Notes under the pieces: generated by a model
Told to the model about the DNA's origin: nothing
Databases searched by the model: none
What the model saw: only the letters and a program-made list of their open reading frames with translations
Source of the DNA: Hyphochytrium catenoides
Lineage: Eukaryota; Protista; Hyphochytriomycota
DNA: 64,000 bases
Assembly (NCBI GenBank): GCA_900088475.1
Contig: FLMG01004374.1
Span: forward strand, 124,001-188,000
Reading direction: 5' to 3'
Program-made: the position numbers and the translations under genes
Part shown: positions 1 through 11,900 of the stretch, piece after piece
Layout of the letters: the number at the start of each line of letters is the position of its first letter
Position numbering within the stretch: position 1 is the first letter of the stretch

Positions 1-2314
1 CCAGTCGGGTGGTACTTGGCAGTAGTAGAGCTCATAATATAAGCGCCCACACGTGCGGCTCGGTCTTTCTTGATTTTCTTTAATGTTCTCAGCTTGTCCT
101 CATCAAAGCCTACAAGACACAGCGCCACAAATGCAGTTTTATGAAGGTATCACATATCATATATAAGGTGTAAAGTGGTGAGCCCACGCCAACCATGATC
201 CCAGACTTTATAGACGTTCTAACCTTCTGGTTCATAGATCCAACCCGAAGTGTCACAGAGCGTAAGGACCACAGCGCCTAATTCCTGCAGCTTGTGTGCC
301 AGGCTAAGGGCAACGTTGCCACTACCAGTGATGACACATCTGCAGGCATCGGAAAGAGGAAAGGGTCGCACCATAGAAAGCGTGACTAGAAGGTTTGGAC
401 CGCCATGGGGTTAAACGGAGAATTACCTCTTGCCCTCCAGTGACTCTCCTCTTGCGTTGAGCATCTCTTGAGCAAAGTAAGCGACACCAAACCCGGTGGC
501 CTCTGGGAAGGTGATAACACCGTTCCCAATCATCCCAGACTCGCTCTACCATTGACAGTACGAGAGATTTGCTCAGATAGACTAGCATAGCGCAATTGGT
601 GTATAGCAACAAGCAGAAGGACGCGTTGGCGTCCAAAGCACTAGATATATCAAACGGAAGCGCGATGAGAGCAAAAAGGAAACGAAAGTGCTACCGTTTA
701 TGTCAAAATTGCGGCTGTTTGACATAAGCCCTTTGTGAGGTCTTTCGACCAAAGGAGGTGCATCCATAATTCGTCTGCATGGTAGCTGACAGAAGAGAGG
801 CAGAGTGCGGCCCACCTTTCCATACTTCTGCTTGATACGCTTGTACTGGCCGTACAAGAAGCCAGTCTCCTTCATGCCACACCCCATGTCTGGCGTAGGA
901 ATGTCTACATTAGGCCCAATGTAGTTCACAAGCTCAGTCATGAAAGACTGGCAGAAACGCTGGATCTCGGCCTCACTCTTCCCAACAGGATTGAAATCGG
1001 CGCCACTAAACGCAACATGAGACGGAACCAGGAGAGGGAGGGCGGAAGGGGGGCGAATCCATGAGAGCGTTGCCAGCAGCTAGGTAAGATAGTAGTAGTA
1101 GGGCACCATAGGGAAAAATCATATCTAAACAGTAGCTGCAACACTTTGGTTTTGATAAAACGAGAGCGAAGTGGGTGAGGTATTGATACTCCGTATACCA
1201 TACCCTGCAGCAGCTCCGATCTCGATGTCTGACGCAATTGCATGCCTGAAGACGTTCTCGAAAGCGATAGACTTTACGGTGCCTAGAGGATGAAGAGGAT
1301 GACAGGTAAATGAGGCAGCACAGTGTCAAAGAGCGTCAGAAATGGTTCGACGGATCTGAAACAGCTATTAAAAGACGCAGAAAACCCTCACCCAGTCCGG
1401 TGCCCTTATAGAAGCGTATGCCGCCCTCATAGAGCCCCAACGCCGAGGAATACTGGACACGATATCCTCTATTCACACGAGCGTTCCCCGTATCGTCTAG
1501 CCACGGGACTCGGAACTGTAGGGTCAAGTTAGGAAGGAAGAGATGGAATGTTCAGGCAACGGATCTATCTACGGGTTTTACCCCGTCTTTCTCTTCTCGC
1601 TCCCCGTTTCTCGCAGATCTCAGCACAGCAATGGAGCCGCTTCATTGACGTCCCCCACTCAAACATCTCTCCCAAATCCTCGCTCGTGATTGGGCCTCTG
1701 CCGCCTTAAGGGAGACGGAGGAGCCTTTGCCCAAGTTCATACATTGCTGGAACTTCTCTGCGCACCTGAATGACTCTCTCAGGCTCCATCAACTGCTTCA
1801 TCACCCAAGCGTAACGTGGGTACCGGTCAAAGACAGGGGCAAGTGAGAGAGTCAACGACTCCATTGCTTGCAGATATCTGAGTTTCAAAGCAGCATTAAG
1901 CGCTGCTAATGGCAAATCTAAAGGAGGGGAATATGGGAGATGCTATGCAGATGTGCAGCATACTTCCCGTAAAGGAAAGGACAAGACAGCATCTATAGAT
2001 AAGGTTGTCGCGCCGAGAAAGAGTACGATAGCGTGGATAAGAGATAGAGAAGATGGAGATTGTAGAGAGACAGTAAAGCTAATGGCATCCTTTATAGACG
2101 TTGCGCTTACTCGACCTGTGTGAAGGAAGAAAGGTGAAGAGAGTTGTTAGATATTGCGGCCACAGGCAACGTTAACTGACTGCATGGTGCTCACTTGGTA
2201 GGGATCCCGCCGGCGGGCTTCAGCGATCCTGGAGAGCAAGACATTAGTGGAGGTGCCGTTATAGGAATTCAGGTCAAGAAGGGACGTACAGCATCTCTGC
2301 AGCTTCTTGACCAT
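1..2314 (-). CDS. NADP-glutamate dehydrogenase-like protein with degenerate active site (multi-exon; 3' part lies beyond the left edge)
   Basis: Hand-spliced from ATG at 2314: MVKKLQRCC...RRRDPYQ|VE|YLQAMESL...MEPERVIQ|FRVPWLDDTGNARVNRGYRVQYSSALGLYEGGIRF...|GADFNPVGKSEAEIQRFCQSFMTEL...GFLYGQYKRI...PEATGFGVAYF...CVITGSGNVA...DTSGWIYEPEG. These are the GdhA-family motifs in the correct order, with GT-AG introns. Confidence 0.9.
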
Positions 2315-4474
2315 TTCTGAAGGCTACGTCTCCTTCTCTTCTAAAGAGTGGCTTGTTTCTCCAAACCTGGCGACGAGGTAGGTTCAATTGAATAATGATT
2401 CAGCAGAGGGAGAGACGTAGTATCAGACGTGGTAGACAGAGGAGAATTAGATGGCATCTCTCACCCTCTTCCCATGCTTAGTGCCATGCACATCGGACAT
2501 CAAAGAGCCGTGTAGCTGCTTGTTATCAACATTAGTCTTGAGATATCTCCTGCTACCTGTAAGGGAAAGGGACATGACATCAGGATAACATAGATATAGC
2601 GGTAGGACGCGAGACATATCCCTCCAAGGGCAGCTCACCGGCTATCAGGCAAGCTTTGCCTTCTCCAGCCGCCAAGGGCGACCGGATGATGGCAGGCCGC
2701 GCGAGTCTCAGCATTGCCGTTTAAGAGCTTGCAAATTCACTTCCTCTTTTTGGCGTTTGAATCGCTCCTTGTGCTATACAAAGCAAAGTGACGAGGGAAG
2801 AAGTCTTCCAAAAGCTGGCGAAGCGATAGTGGAAATCCAAGACACAGTCCCCTTCTGATTCCAACCGGCAGTTGTGGTCTCTGCTCACAGAGACAAACAA
2901 AAGAGACAGAATAACTGAGTGCAAGAGACAGAGTTAGCGCGAGGTATAGTATTCGTCTTACATATAATGTGTTCTGACGAGCTAGAATTTGTAGAGGGAG
3001 CAGACAGAAGCAACGAAAAATTATATCTCAAGCTGGAGTAAGCCTTAGAATCTGGGAGGATGGAGACAGAGACAGAGAAAGTTGAAGATTTTTTCTCAGA
3101 AAGCGGCTAACGCTCTCGTAGCCGTTAGAGAACGAGTCTTACGAATGCACGACCGGGCATCCTTGACTTCTCTTTCACAGTTATCGCGTACCAGGCAATG
3201 GTGTTGGTTCAAACATACTCCTTCCCTCGCTCATACCTATTCTCAATGATCGCCAGCTCGGACTCATATGCTTTGTCAGTCTTCAGATTGGCACATCCGG
3301 TGAGGGATGTCAAGACCCCATACTTTCTACCTTGCAAGGTTATGCCTCCCAAGGTCATGGAGACAAAGCATACTACTCTCACACGAACAACCAAACTTCC
3401 AGGGTTTGCCCAGATTACACGGCACAAATGCCGATGACCCGATTGCAAAGAAAAAGGGCCAAGACAGCATAAGGTTGGAGCCACAAGATCTAGCCTCAGT
3501 AGTGCTTTTGACAGCATCCCGATAGCCTAGCTGTCAAACAAACCGCTGATCCCATACCATCAAAAAGAGAAAGCCTGCCATCAAAGTAAAAGATGGCAAT
3601 TATAATGGAAAAAATAGAACTAAGTATCGGGAGGAAGAGCTGCTCCCTGCCTCCACGGAAACTAAGAAACAAGAAACAATAACGGCACAAACCCCTGGCC
3701 GCGGCTAATAACAAAAGCATCGCTCGGCATCGACACCTAAGAACCATAGAAACAGTGCTCGTAGCACCAAGCAAATGGGACCCAAAGCTCAATGAAGAGC
3801 GCATTAATATAGAGACCTATTCGGTGTGCCACTCAAAGGAGATGTAACGAGCGCAGTTGCCTGCCTTTGGCCAGCAAGTGTGTTAGTGGGGGCCAATCCA
3901 TACTTAGAACAGTAGTAAAAGCAGTGCCAAATCTGTGCGTACACCTCTTCACGAGCAAACTGATCACTGAACAATACTCTAGGTCATCCCTCTTGGAGAG
4001 AGATACATACTATACCATAGAGACAAGATCAGAAGCCTAAGCTGGAAATTACTTGTGCTATACTTTTGCAGGATGACAAGATCACATGCAAAAACCTAAT
4101 GTACGGGGTTAACGTTTGATAGCCAGCGGTCCGGCAGTTGATGAATGTGGTGCAGCATGCGAAGAAAGGAGGCAAGAATACACGGTGATAACCAGAAGAA
4201 CAATAGACTACCCCAACGTCAGAAAAAGAACCAATGTAGATGCAGTCACTATCAGCCCTTTTCCATCTCTGACAACTTGCTTATCCTTTTTATACTTTAG
4301 GATTATGCCCGGAACGGCTTCTCTTCCAGCGATTGACACATATGTGCCTCAACGGAGACGATTGAGGTTGCATAATACAAAGCAGCTGACGAGAGCAGAA
4401 TAAATATCAAGAGCGTAGAATAAGTTATAAGAGCCTTGAGGGCAAGGTCAGCGAAGAAGCAGCTCCCGAATGCA

Positions 4475-4510
4475 TCAGAGGCTTAGGGAGGCGTCAGAGG
4501 CTTAGGGAGG
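4475..4510. repeat. Perfect 17-nt tandem duplication (tcagaggcttagggagg x2, 19-nt period)
   Basis: Copies read directly at 4475-4491 and 4494-4510. Confidence 0.85.
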
Positions 4511-7500
4511 GCCGCTCCTCCTGACAGGGTCTGCTCGATTGGGGCGAGGGAGAAGAGATATAAGATACAGTGTAAGTAAGTGAGACATGCGTAAAGGGGT
4601 TGCAGAGCCTAACTCCGCAAACAGCCGAATCTGACCTCCATGAAGCTTCCTTCCGTCCATGAGCCATGTAAACTTTCTTCTATCAACCTTTTGACCCTCC
4701 AGACAAGTCGTTGGCGCCCCGGTCTGCACCAATCACCGTTATTAGCTTAAAGAACAAATGATGTTTTTATAAAGGCTATGTCAAGCGACCTCCCTCACCT
4801 TATCAGAGCGATGCGACTCGACTAACTCAAAGTTCTCTGATATTCCCTTGAGGAGATGCATCTGCACAGCTCGTACAGGAATCATCTGACCTCACCACCA
4901 GAATCAAGTTAGAGTAATCAAAAGCTCAAGGACATAGCTTAAGGCCAAATGACAGGACAAATGTATAGTTGCGTCGAACGGTAGCAACATGTGCTACGAC
5001 GTACCTCCACAATCTCAAGGCGAACGTCAGTGCACCTTATGTCACTAAGGCTGAAGAGAAGATGATCCCCTAGCACCTCAACGTCATCAAGACACTCAAT
5101 CAGAGCCCCAATGAACTCTGCAAGACAGAAGGATAGCCGATAGGGGATAGTATTATCTACCATTCCTTGATTGGACTACATAATCTGAACGCATTGTAAA
5201 TGCGATCAAAAAGTATTGCTCACCTATAAGAAAGCGGGCCAATCTACGAGAGGAGGCAGGAGCTTCTTCTTCGATACTATATGCTTTCGTTCCGTCGTCA
5301 TGAGAGTGCCGCAGACCCAATAGATGATGCGGGCCCCGGCTATTTATAAACGCCATGCTGAGGCTGATAAACTGCAGACATATGTCTCGGCGACCGGTAT
5401 CTTCAAGTAGCGAAGGCTATTTGAGTCATTCAAAAGGACAACAGACGGATGAATCATCAGGTGACAGCCAGCATGTGAGTGAAGGTGTTGCACAACGGAC
5501 CACAGACCATGAAAGTAGTGGTGTTGACTTGATCCAGAGTCCGCATGATAGTCGCCCGCTGATAGCCCATAAAAAATGCCTTCAGATGGAGCATGACATA
5601 GGTGATGTGCCTGCGGACAGACCACATGAAGAAGTGATACAGACAGTTAGGCAGCAAAGATGGACGACCTACCCAAGACTTTCACCAGGCCGCTTTACTG
5701 CAGCCTTACGACAAGATGAGCATACAGTCGGTAGTCAGTGACGGGAAGAAATGTCCACAAAGTAAGCCATACAGGTCGCATTATCACCTGAAGGTTGTCG
5801 AGCACACTCGTCCAATTGGCACTGCTGTCAATGTAGGCCAGCATAGGACCCTCCTGCAGCGTCAGCTGGGCATAGTGGCTTACAGAGTCAATAAACCTGA
5901 TGCTCTCTGACTCTGCTAACTTCTGAAGCAACCTCTCAAGTAGCTCTCTAAAGGAAAAGAGGGACCACATTAGGAACAATAGCGGTTTGAATTCAGAGTC
6001 CTTCTCCCTCACACAAACTGGACTCAAGTGTCATTCCGAGGAAGGGGTGGTATGTAAAGAGTGAAGGTCCGTACTCTGGAGGGAACTCTCGTCGAACTTT
6101 GTACGCTATGCGGAGGTTCGCACCCAAGTCTTCCATTCGGTCATCCACAAGGTGCTCCAACATGTTAATGAAACCGGTCGCCTAAAGTTCAAAGAGCTTG
6201 TTAGTACCCAAAATCTCCCTCTTTCCTGGCTCCTGCTCTCATCTGTCTCTACTCGTACCTAACCTCCTAAACTATCTCCATTCCAACTATTTATGGGCAG
6301 ACTTTCCCTCTCATTCCCTCCCGTATCTCTCTTTGCTTGCCCTCTCTTTCTTATCTCGTCTACTCAAAAAAACGTTTTCCCAGGTTCGAAGTCTCCTACC
6401 AGCGCAGGTGGCATTGGCTTTGTCTTTACCAATGGCCGATGTCCGGTTCCTAGCACACGTATGAGCTGACGTGCATCTTGCCCAACCATAGTCCTGGCAG
6501 TAACCTTCCCCAACTCGATCCTGCCAAAAGCTGGGTCTTCTGCACCACAAATTTGTTGTTTATCCTTAGACAACCATGGCCTCTCAGCTTTCACACCATT
6601 CGCGGATGCCGAAGAAAGGTTAACGTTCTGGGCTCTGAGTTTTGCCTTTGCCTTCCTTAGTGGTTTTCGTGCCTTTGATGTACCCTTGTCTGCAGCAGTA
6701 GTGGCTTTCGAGACTCTTCGACGTACCGAAACTAGAGGCGAAAGAGAGCTCTTTCTTCGAGCTCGCAAGATGGGTGTTCCACTTCTAGGCGGTTGTTTGG
6801 TGGCCATTGCTACCCCTGCATCGCGGCCTCGGGTGGACGTCAAAGTACCATCATCCTCGGCAGCCCCTTTGGGTGTTGTTGCTGCTCCTGCAGGTGAAGA
6901 GGAACGCAACCGACTGGCAATAGGTCTTTTATCTTTGAGTCTCTGCTTTCGCTCTGGGCCTCCAGTCTCTGATCTCTTATTTTCTGCAACCCCTACGCTT
7001 CTGTGTCTTTTCCCAGGGGGGCTTTTGGCATCAAGGGGCTTCTGACTTTGCCCATCGTCTTCTGGCGAGTTCGCAATGGGATCAGACGACTCCCTGGAGC
7101 GCTTTCTAGTAGAGGATCGAGCAGGCACCTTCCGCCTTGGACGCTGTCCCGGGTGACCTTGCGCGACGGGCACTCTCGTGGCTGCAGGATGTGGTGGCTG
7201 GGGAACCTCTGCAGTCTCTCGCTGAAGTGTATTAAGCCTTTCGTGGACTTTTTGCAGTGATGCTGACTGCTGATGCAGTAGTGCCTCCAGCCTTTCGATT
7301 GCCGTTGAATTGGCTAATACGTTTATCTTGGCTTCCAGCTTCTTCATCTGCTGAGTCTGATCCTGAAGTAGAGCCTTAAACCCGTCAATTTTTGCTGTCA
7401 ATATGTTGGGCAGTTGCATCAACGTGTCCCGCAATCCTTCCAGTTTGAGCTCTACCTCCAAGCAACGACAACTTCTATCGCCAGCTCGACCAGTTCCATC

Positions 7501-8142
7501 TGACGCAGGAGGGGGCGACTCGCTTGACGCTTCTGTGGCAGACGTAGTGTCTGCTGCGGTGGTCCTTGAACTCGCGGCCGAAAACGATGTCTCTGTCTCC
7601 TGATTCTGGAGGATCTTCGCTGCCTCTCCTACCACGGAGCGGTCCGAGGCCCCTCTTCGGGTGGTCTCCGTCCGCGGCCTAGTCCGAGATGCCTGACTCT
7701 GAAAGTTCCTATTAACCGCAGCCTTACCTTTGGCTAACACTGGCAATTGTTGCGCGAAATTTGCACTATTGCGTTGCGGATGCCTAGGTCGAATAGGATC
7801 CGCAGGTGGAGGACTTCCGGGCAGGGACTGAAAGTCATCACTGCTATCACTGTCTATGAAAATTACATCGTCTTCGCTTCTTGCAGCGACTTTGTCGGTA
7901 GACTTCAAGCTTGCTGGCTCTTGTTGGGGCCTTTCTTCAATACCGTCCTCAGCTGCGGCAGCATAACGGGCTGACTCCATCCTAAAGTTACTACCTTCTG
8001 TAGTTGGGGCCTCGTGGGGGGTCGATCCATGAGGCTTGCTAGTGCAGCCCGTAGATCGACGGCGGCGAAGGTTTCTGAGCTTCTCCGGAGAGCTGGGGAT
8101 ATCATCATCAGTGCTGCTGGGAATGCCCTCTCGCTTGAACAT
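4502..8142 (-). CDS. Uncharacterised multi-exon protein: long disordered/basic N-terminal exon with a coiled coil, followed by a predicted helical C-terminal region
   Basis: The 600-aa ORF (6364-8166) splices in frame at CTG|gtagga (~6398) to tttag|GCG ACC GGT TTC ATT AAC ATG (~6181). Further in-phase GT-AG exons follow at about 5790-5948, 5500-5610, 5325-5372, 5160-5223, 5004-5117, 4799-4885 and 4502-4723. The start and the 3' end are uncertain, and more exons may run down to ~3100. No family recognised. Confidence 0.55.
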
Positions 8143-8674
8143 GGCCCCATAGCCGGCCTCCTTCAATCACACACCTTAGCTCTCTGGTATTGTATCAACT
8201 GCCAAAGTCAATCGAGGGTGACCAGCTGCGTCGTCGAGACCCCAGACTTCCGAAGGCCTAAAGTGTAGACAATTGGTTGGCCATCCTGAAGACAGACCGA
8301 CACAAACACTACAGAAATTGTTATGATGCAGATTTCCTCTTCAGATTTCGTTCTACACTCTTGTCTACACTTGAGAAAGAGAAGGCGCGAACAAGACAAT
8401 GCACATTTTTAAGCCAGCCTTCAAGGTAACTAATAATCGATTATCATGCATCACTAATCATTGAGACTTGTCCCTATCATATCTCCATCTCCATCTGATA
8501 TCTACAGATGCCCATCTCCCGCATTGCCAAGAGGATGAGATGAACAGCAGGTACGCCATCCAAAGAAGGCGTCATGATTTGTAGTCAGTTATCCACTAAA
8601 AAGAGGGGTTGTGGGTGCTGAAGGTTCGGAGTATGACGTCTTCCATCACAGTCGCTCGTCTGCTTTGATCAGTC

Positions 8675-9870
8675 TTACATCTGCATAGCGTCAACCGTAT
8701 GTGTAGCTTGATGGGGAACAAACTCCTCTGACACGTATAGTGTCGTACCAGTAGGAAGGTCCAATCCACGTGACCTCTGCACCTTCGATCGCCAGTCTGA
8801 GGTCAAAACGAGTTAGCGGATAAAAACAAAACGTGGACTGACATTTGCCTAAAACGTACTCTGGACATCATTGGGCATCTCAATGTTTCTGTCATAAGAA
8901 ACAGATTTGTCATCCCTGATTACACAGAGATCGACGTTACTGCCTGAGCCGAGATCGTTGAAGATTCCTGAGAGAATAGCCTCCTTCACAAGTTTTCGCG
9001 CCTCCTCTTCTGTCATGTCGTCTTTATATCCAGCCTCAAAGACAGCCATTGCTGCTAAGCTGCCCGAGCCCATCGTCACATAGGGGAGCTTGTCCGTACT
9101 TCCATGAGGATAGATGGTATAGAGGTGGGCACCCGTAGAGTCAACACCCCCAAGAACTAGGGCTGCAGAAACATATCCCTGGTAGTTGAAGAGGTACCGC
9201 TTAAGAAGCGTCATACTGGTCACCTGTGCGGGAATAGTATCTCAGACATCCAACGATCTCACCGTTCAAGTAGTGATAGCTCTTACCACCCTTGACTCCC
9301 TGCCGGTGTTGAGTCGAAGGAGCTCCAGTTGAGAAGATATCATGGCTAAGCGAGTGTGTGAGACGGCTGTAACCAAAACAGTGCTCATAGGAGGGTTCAC
9401 CTGTGGTCATCTCGGTATCCGCAGCTGTTCCTGCTCCACAGCAGTAGATGTTTGGAGCAATATAATGGATCTTTTCGCAGTTCTTATCTGCAACTGTAGT
9501 GTTGTTTGTGGCACGTGTGTCGGCTCCCAAGACGACGCCCCCCTATCTCAATCTTTTAAGGAGCGCCTCTCAGGACAAGTATAAATAGCAGCTCACCTTG
9601 AATACAACGCCAACAATGGTAGTTCCAGTCTTTCTTGTCTTCGGCAGTTTGGCTTTGCCATCAACTCCTACCTGTGACGTTTTTCAGCTGTGGATGGCAT
9701 CCATGGTTATCTACTTTGAATGCAGTACTCACCGAGTTGACAATGAACTCGTTCCTTCTTGTGTTATCAAAGTTGAAGCCGCCAACAGGAGCACCATCCT
9801 TCCAGTTGAGATCGAGGTGTTCCGGTAACTGGTGCTTAACTTCTTGACCATTTGTTACAAACTCTGTCAT
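8675..9870 (-). CDS. PSMB7: 20S proteasome subunit beta type-2 (trypsin-like catalytic subunit, PSMB7/Pup1)
   Basis: Six exons. Propeptide GGFNFDN..RN, cleavage site KTG|TTIVG, then [79 protein letters not shown] and [17 protein letters not shown]. Stop TAA at 8675-8677. Confidence 0.97.
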
Positions 9871-10181
9871 CTTTCCCTTTAGTATGCCTGGTCCCTACTT
9901 TCAAGGGCGGTTCTCCTGCAATATCTTCCTGAACACGACTTATGAACCTGTAATGAAGCTGCAGATCCAGATAGAGAGCTGGCGATGATGGCAATCTCTG
10001 AGAGCTCTGAATCGCGATGAATTCGAGCAGCATCCAAGCGACGGATATCTTCCGAAAGGTTTCACCAGTTGGAAACACTACGGAAAGGTTCAGCTATGAT
10101 TCATCCACGAAATCTTAATTCTTTCGCTCCTCTCGGAATCTTTCATGCTGTTCCAAGAGCCCAAACACTTGAGATTACAAT

Positions 10182-10301
10182 GTACAGCATGTGTGCATCG
10201 TACATCGAGGTACAACGGTACAACCGATTACTGTACCGATTACAGTCGGTGTACATCGCACATTGAGGTACCACAAGTTACAGTCGGTGTACATCGTACA
10301 A
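10182..10301. repeat. Degenerate ~38-nt tandem repeat containing nine GTAC motifs in the divergent PSMB7/HAD intergenic region
   Basis: ttacagtcggtgtacatcg occurs at 10240 and 10278. GTAC occurs at 10182, 10200, 10210, 10218, 10233, 10251, 10268, 10289 and 10296. Confidence 0.85.
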
Positions 10302-10541
10302 GCTGTCATGTCATCTTTATAAGAGTGCCCAAGAAGCTCGGCAATGGCCCTCTTTGCGCTTGTGTTGGTCTCTTCAAGCTTGCACTCACAGCATCATCAG
10401 AAACATCATGAGATGGCTATTATTACCTCTATCTATAATCTATAATAACTCGAGGGAATCACTGTCCCAGATGGGCACAGCGCATTGCTTCTCGTGGTGC
10501 CTGCGAATACTACCTCACGCAGTGGACCCCCGTCTTGACTT

Positions 10542-11900
10542 ATGACAAGAAGCATGGGTAGCTCTATGCATGAAGCTCGTCTTCCAAAGCCAGTCCTTCG
10601 CTCTTTGCCACAGCCTCGATGCGTCTTTTCTGACCTCGACGGCACTATTGTTCATTATGAGAAAGATAAGACTTTTCAGGTGCTCGACGTCCCGGAAGGA
10701 GCTGGACAGGTTGCAACTATAAGGCAGGTACCTCACAGACTTGAGAAACTAGGCTTCACAATGCATCGACCATACTCAAAGAGATTTATTTTGGAAGGTG
10801 CTTTAGAGCATCTAGTGAAGCTGGAGGAGACCACCAGCACTCGGTGTTGCGTGAAGCCTATCCCCTTCCAAGTACAACCCTGAAAGGAGCTTTTATTTCA
10901 CTTCCGACGATAGATCTTATACGACAGATTCGCAGCTATGGATGCCGCTTTATAGTTGTGACAGGCAAGATAAGGCGTAAGCGACCGTACCCTGATCTCG
11001 TACTTATTCTCCTTGAACCGCATCGCCGGTTTGTGGCATTGCAGGAGCGCGATCGAGTACTCTGCTCGGTCGACTACCATATTTACCTGAATCGGATGTC
11101 TACATATACGAGAACGGAGGAAGGATAGCGACACGACGGGAAGGAAAGCTTCTCCCTCTAAGAGACTGGGAGGACAAAGTTAGTAGCTACGCTGGTTACC
11201 GACAAGAGGAAGTCGAGGATCCTCTTGCCCGGACTGGCCCTCTTTGGGATGCTTATAGGGAGATGTCCTCAAGTGGCTGGCTGGTAGGTGATCCTTGGCA
11301 CCTTTTGACGATCACGGCGCTAGAAGATTTGCTTATAACATTCTAGCTGGATGCCAGACATTATGGTACAGCCTTCCGCGTAGACGTCACAAAGTCCCCG
11401 TCCAGCTGCAAAGACACTTGGGAAGCGACAAGGCAAAGACTTTGCTCAAAGTACGGACTCTCCGTGTCCTATAACCTCGGAAAGGTAACAAGTTTGCAGG
11501 ATGGCTATATCCGTATTGTTTAGAGGATGTCGATAAGTGTTGAACCTCGGTCGTATCAGGCGGACTTCTATCCTGAAATATCAGGCAAGAAGAATGCAGC
11601 ATTATATGTGCGGGAGAATCTGTTTCCAGACGTGCAAGATAGTGAGACTCTGGCCTTGTTTGATGACGATAACGATTTGGAGATGGCGCAGGCATGTGCT
11701 GCCGCCATACTTCCAGGTAGGTTTGATCTCGAAGCCTCTATCTGGTACGGAGTATATAGCTAAACGACGGCATAGGGATCACCCATGAGAACGTGACAAA
11801 GGCCTTGCAAGAACATGATAATTGGGCTATCACTGAAAGCCGTGGCATCCTTGGAGCGGAAGAGGCATTGGAGGCGATACTAGGCCGCCTAAAGGATTGA
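10542..11900 (+). CDS. HAD-superfamily hydrolase, subfamily IIB (Cof / sucrose-phosphatase-like)
   Basis: Motif I VFSDLDGT, motif II VVTG(A)RSST, YENGGRI, the motif III Lys in SGKKNAA and motif IV FDDDNDLEMA. Multi-exon; stop TGA at 11898-11900. Confidence 0.88.

Noticed and set aside
10182-10301. Repeat cluster as a CRISPR array
   Set aside because: There are no unique spacers between identical repeats and no cas genes, and the context is eukaryotic; it is a degenerate tandem repeat.
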